Source: the human T2T-CHM13v2.0 reference genome, Homo sapiens
Length of the DNA: 64,000 bases
Reading direction: 5' to 3'
Assembly (NCBI GenBank): GCA_009914755.4
Contig: CP068257.2
Location: forward strand, 31,232,001-31,296,000
The notes beneath the pieces were generated by a model that was not told the origin of the DNA, made no database searches, and saw nothing but the letters and a program-made list of their open reading frames with translations. Positions 62,884 through 64,000 of this stretch are shown here, in pieces (the first letter of the stretch is position 1; every line of letters starts with the position of its first letter). Position numbers and translations under genes: made by a program.

Positions 62884-63159
62884 GTCCCACTGGAAAATCC
62901 CTAATTAAATAATTACAAGTTTTTGGCTACTTCTGATTGTTTGGGCTTAAATTATGTTTTTCTTTAATACAGGCATTTGCAAGAAAAATCTGAAGTTAAG
63001 TTTTGCTTATGTTTGCAATCAAGCAAGGTTTAGGTCACTTAAGAGGCCTAACTTGTTTTGTCTGCTCAGAGATTCTTCAGGCCTGACCTCCACTTTAATT
63101 TACTTGAAGAGCATCGAATATGAATCTGCAGAATTTCAGTGAAACTATAGAGGAAGAAT

Positions 63160-63250
63160 GGAGGTAAGGGGTGTGTGTGTGTGTATGTGTGTGTGTGCGC
63201 CCACAAGCACTTGTGCATGCTCTTGTGTGTATATGTTGTATGTTATGTGA
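63160..63250. repeat. (GT)n-rich imperfect microsatellite
   Basis: ggggtgtgtgtgtgtgtatgtgtgtgtgtgcgcccacaagcacttgtgcatgctcttgtgtgtatatgttgtatgttatgtg. Confidence 0.85.
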
Positions 63251-63471
63251 AACAGTAAAATCCTTTTTTATCTGTAGAGGAAGTCAATGTTCAATGCATA
63301 AGATGAAAACACCAAGAAATAGTAATGAAGTCATGTTATTATAGATATATGGATGTAAATATCAAAAGAATCCATTAAAATGAAAGTGATTGCTTTAGAA
63401 TTAGAAAATGGCAGAGGGAAAATGGAGAGTTGAGGAACTGCTCTCTATCATAAGCTTTAAATCTATCTTCC

Positions 63472-63780
<309 letters not shown>

Positions 63781-64000
63781 AAAATACCCACAAACAATCT
63801 AACCCTAAACTCTGTGGATTTACAACTTTCATTTTAAAAAATTTTAATAAAAGGAAGAGATCAATGGTCAAAATTATAGAGTAGTATAGCAGAATGAGAA
63901 TTAACTAAAAATCACTTCCAGGGACCAGCAGGCTACTATTTGGCAATGGAACAGTTCTGGGTTGGTCCACCCTAAGTGCTAGAGTCTGCCTCTATTCTAG

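Overview
This window is primate (human-type) nuclear DNA: repeat-dense, AT-leaning, and gene-poor. It is not prokaryotic or phage sequence. I found no operon-like or defence-system-like architecture, no CRISPR arrays, and no rRNA or tRNA genes. About 45-50% of the window is recognisable interspersed repeat. It carries about 20 Alu SINEs on both strands, and primate-specific Alu already fixes the host clade. There are at least 8 MIR SINEs and LINE-1 fragments of several ages. The oldest is an L1M ORF2 remnant at about 9.6-15.6 kb that later insertions have broken up. Several L1 3' ends lie on both strands. One young L1PA 3' fragment at 21.7 kb has a perfect 20-bp target-site duplication. ERVL-MaLR LTRs are unusually dense. 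Five are THE1/MST-type solo LTRs. One is a full-length THE1-class LTR-internal-LTR element at 10,286-12,574, nested inside the old L1. At least six more are MLT1-like LTRs. Microsatellites include (GT)n, (CA)n and (TATC)n tracts, a 400-bp (TTTC)n tract grown from an Alu tail, and a 590-bp almost pure A/T tract. I see no convincing protein-coding gene. Nearly all ORFs in the supplied track are repeat artefacts: Alu antisense frames, microsatellite translations, L1 ORF2 debris, and non-ATG starts. The segments most worth follow-up are several CpG-retaining unique blocks that look like conserved noncoding or regulatory elements (4.4-5.5 kb, 16.3-17.0 kb, 54.9-56.0 kb). Next is a GC-rich CpG-retaining block at 20.2-21.1 kb with stop-interrupted long open frames and splice-like signals. 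Last is an LTR-like TATA/poly(A)-signal unit at 22.6-22.8 kb. All coordinates are read by eye and are approximate to +/-5 bp. Repeat family names come from memory of consensus sequences and should be confirmed with RepeatMasker.
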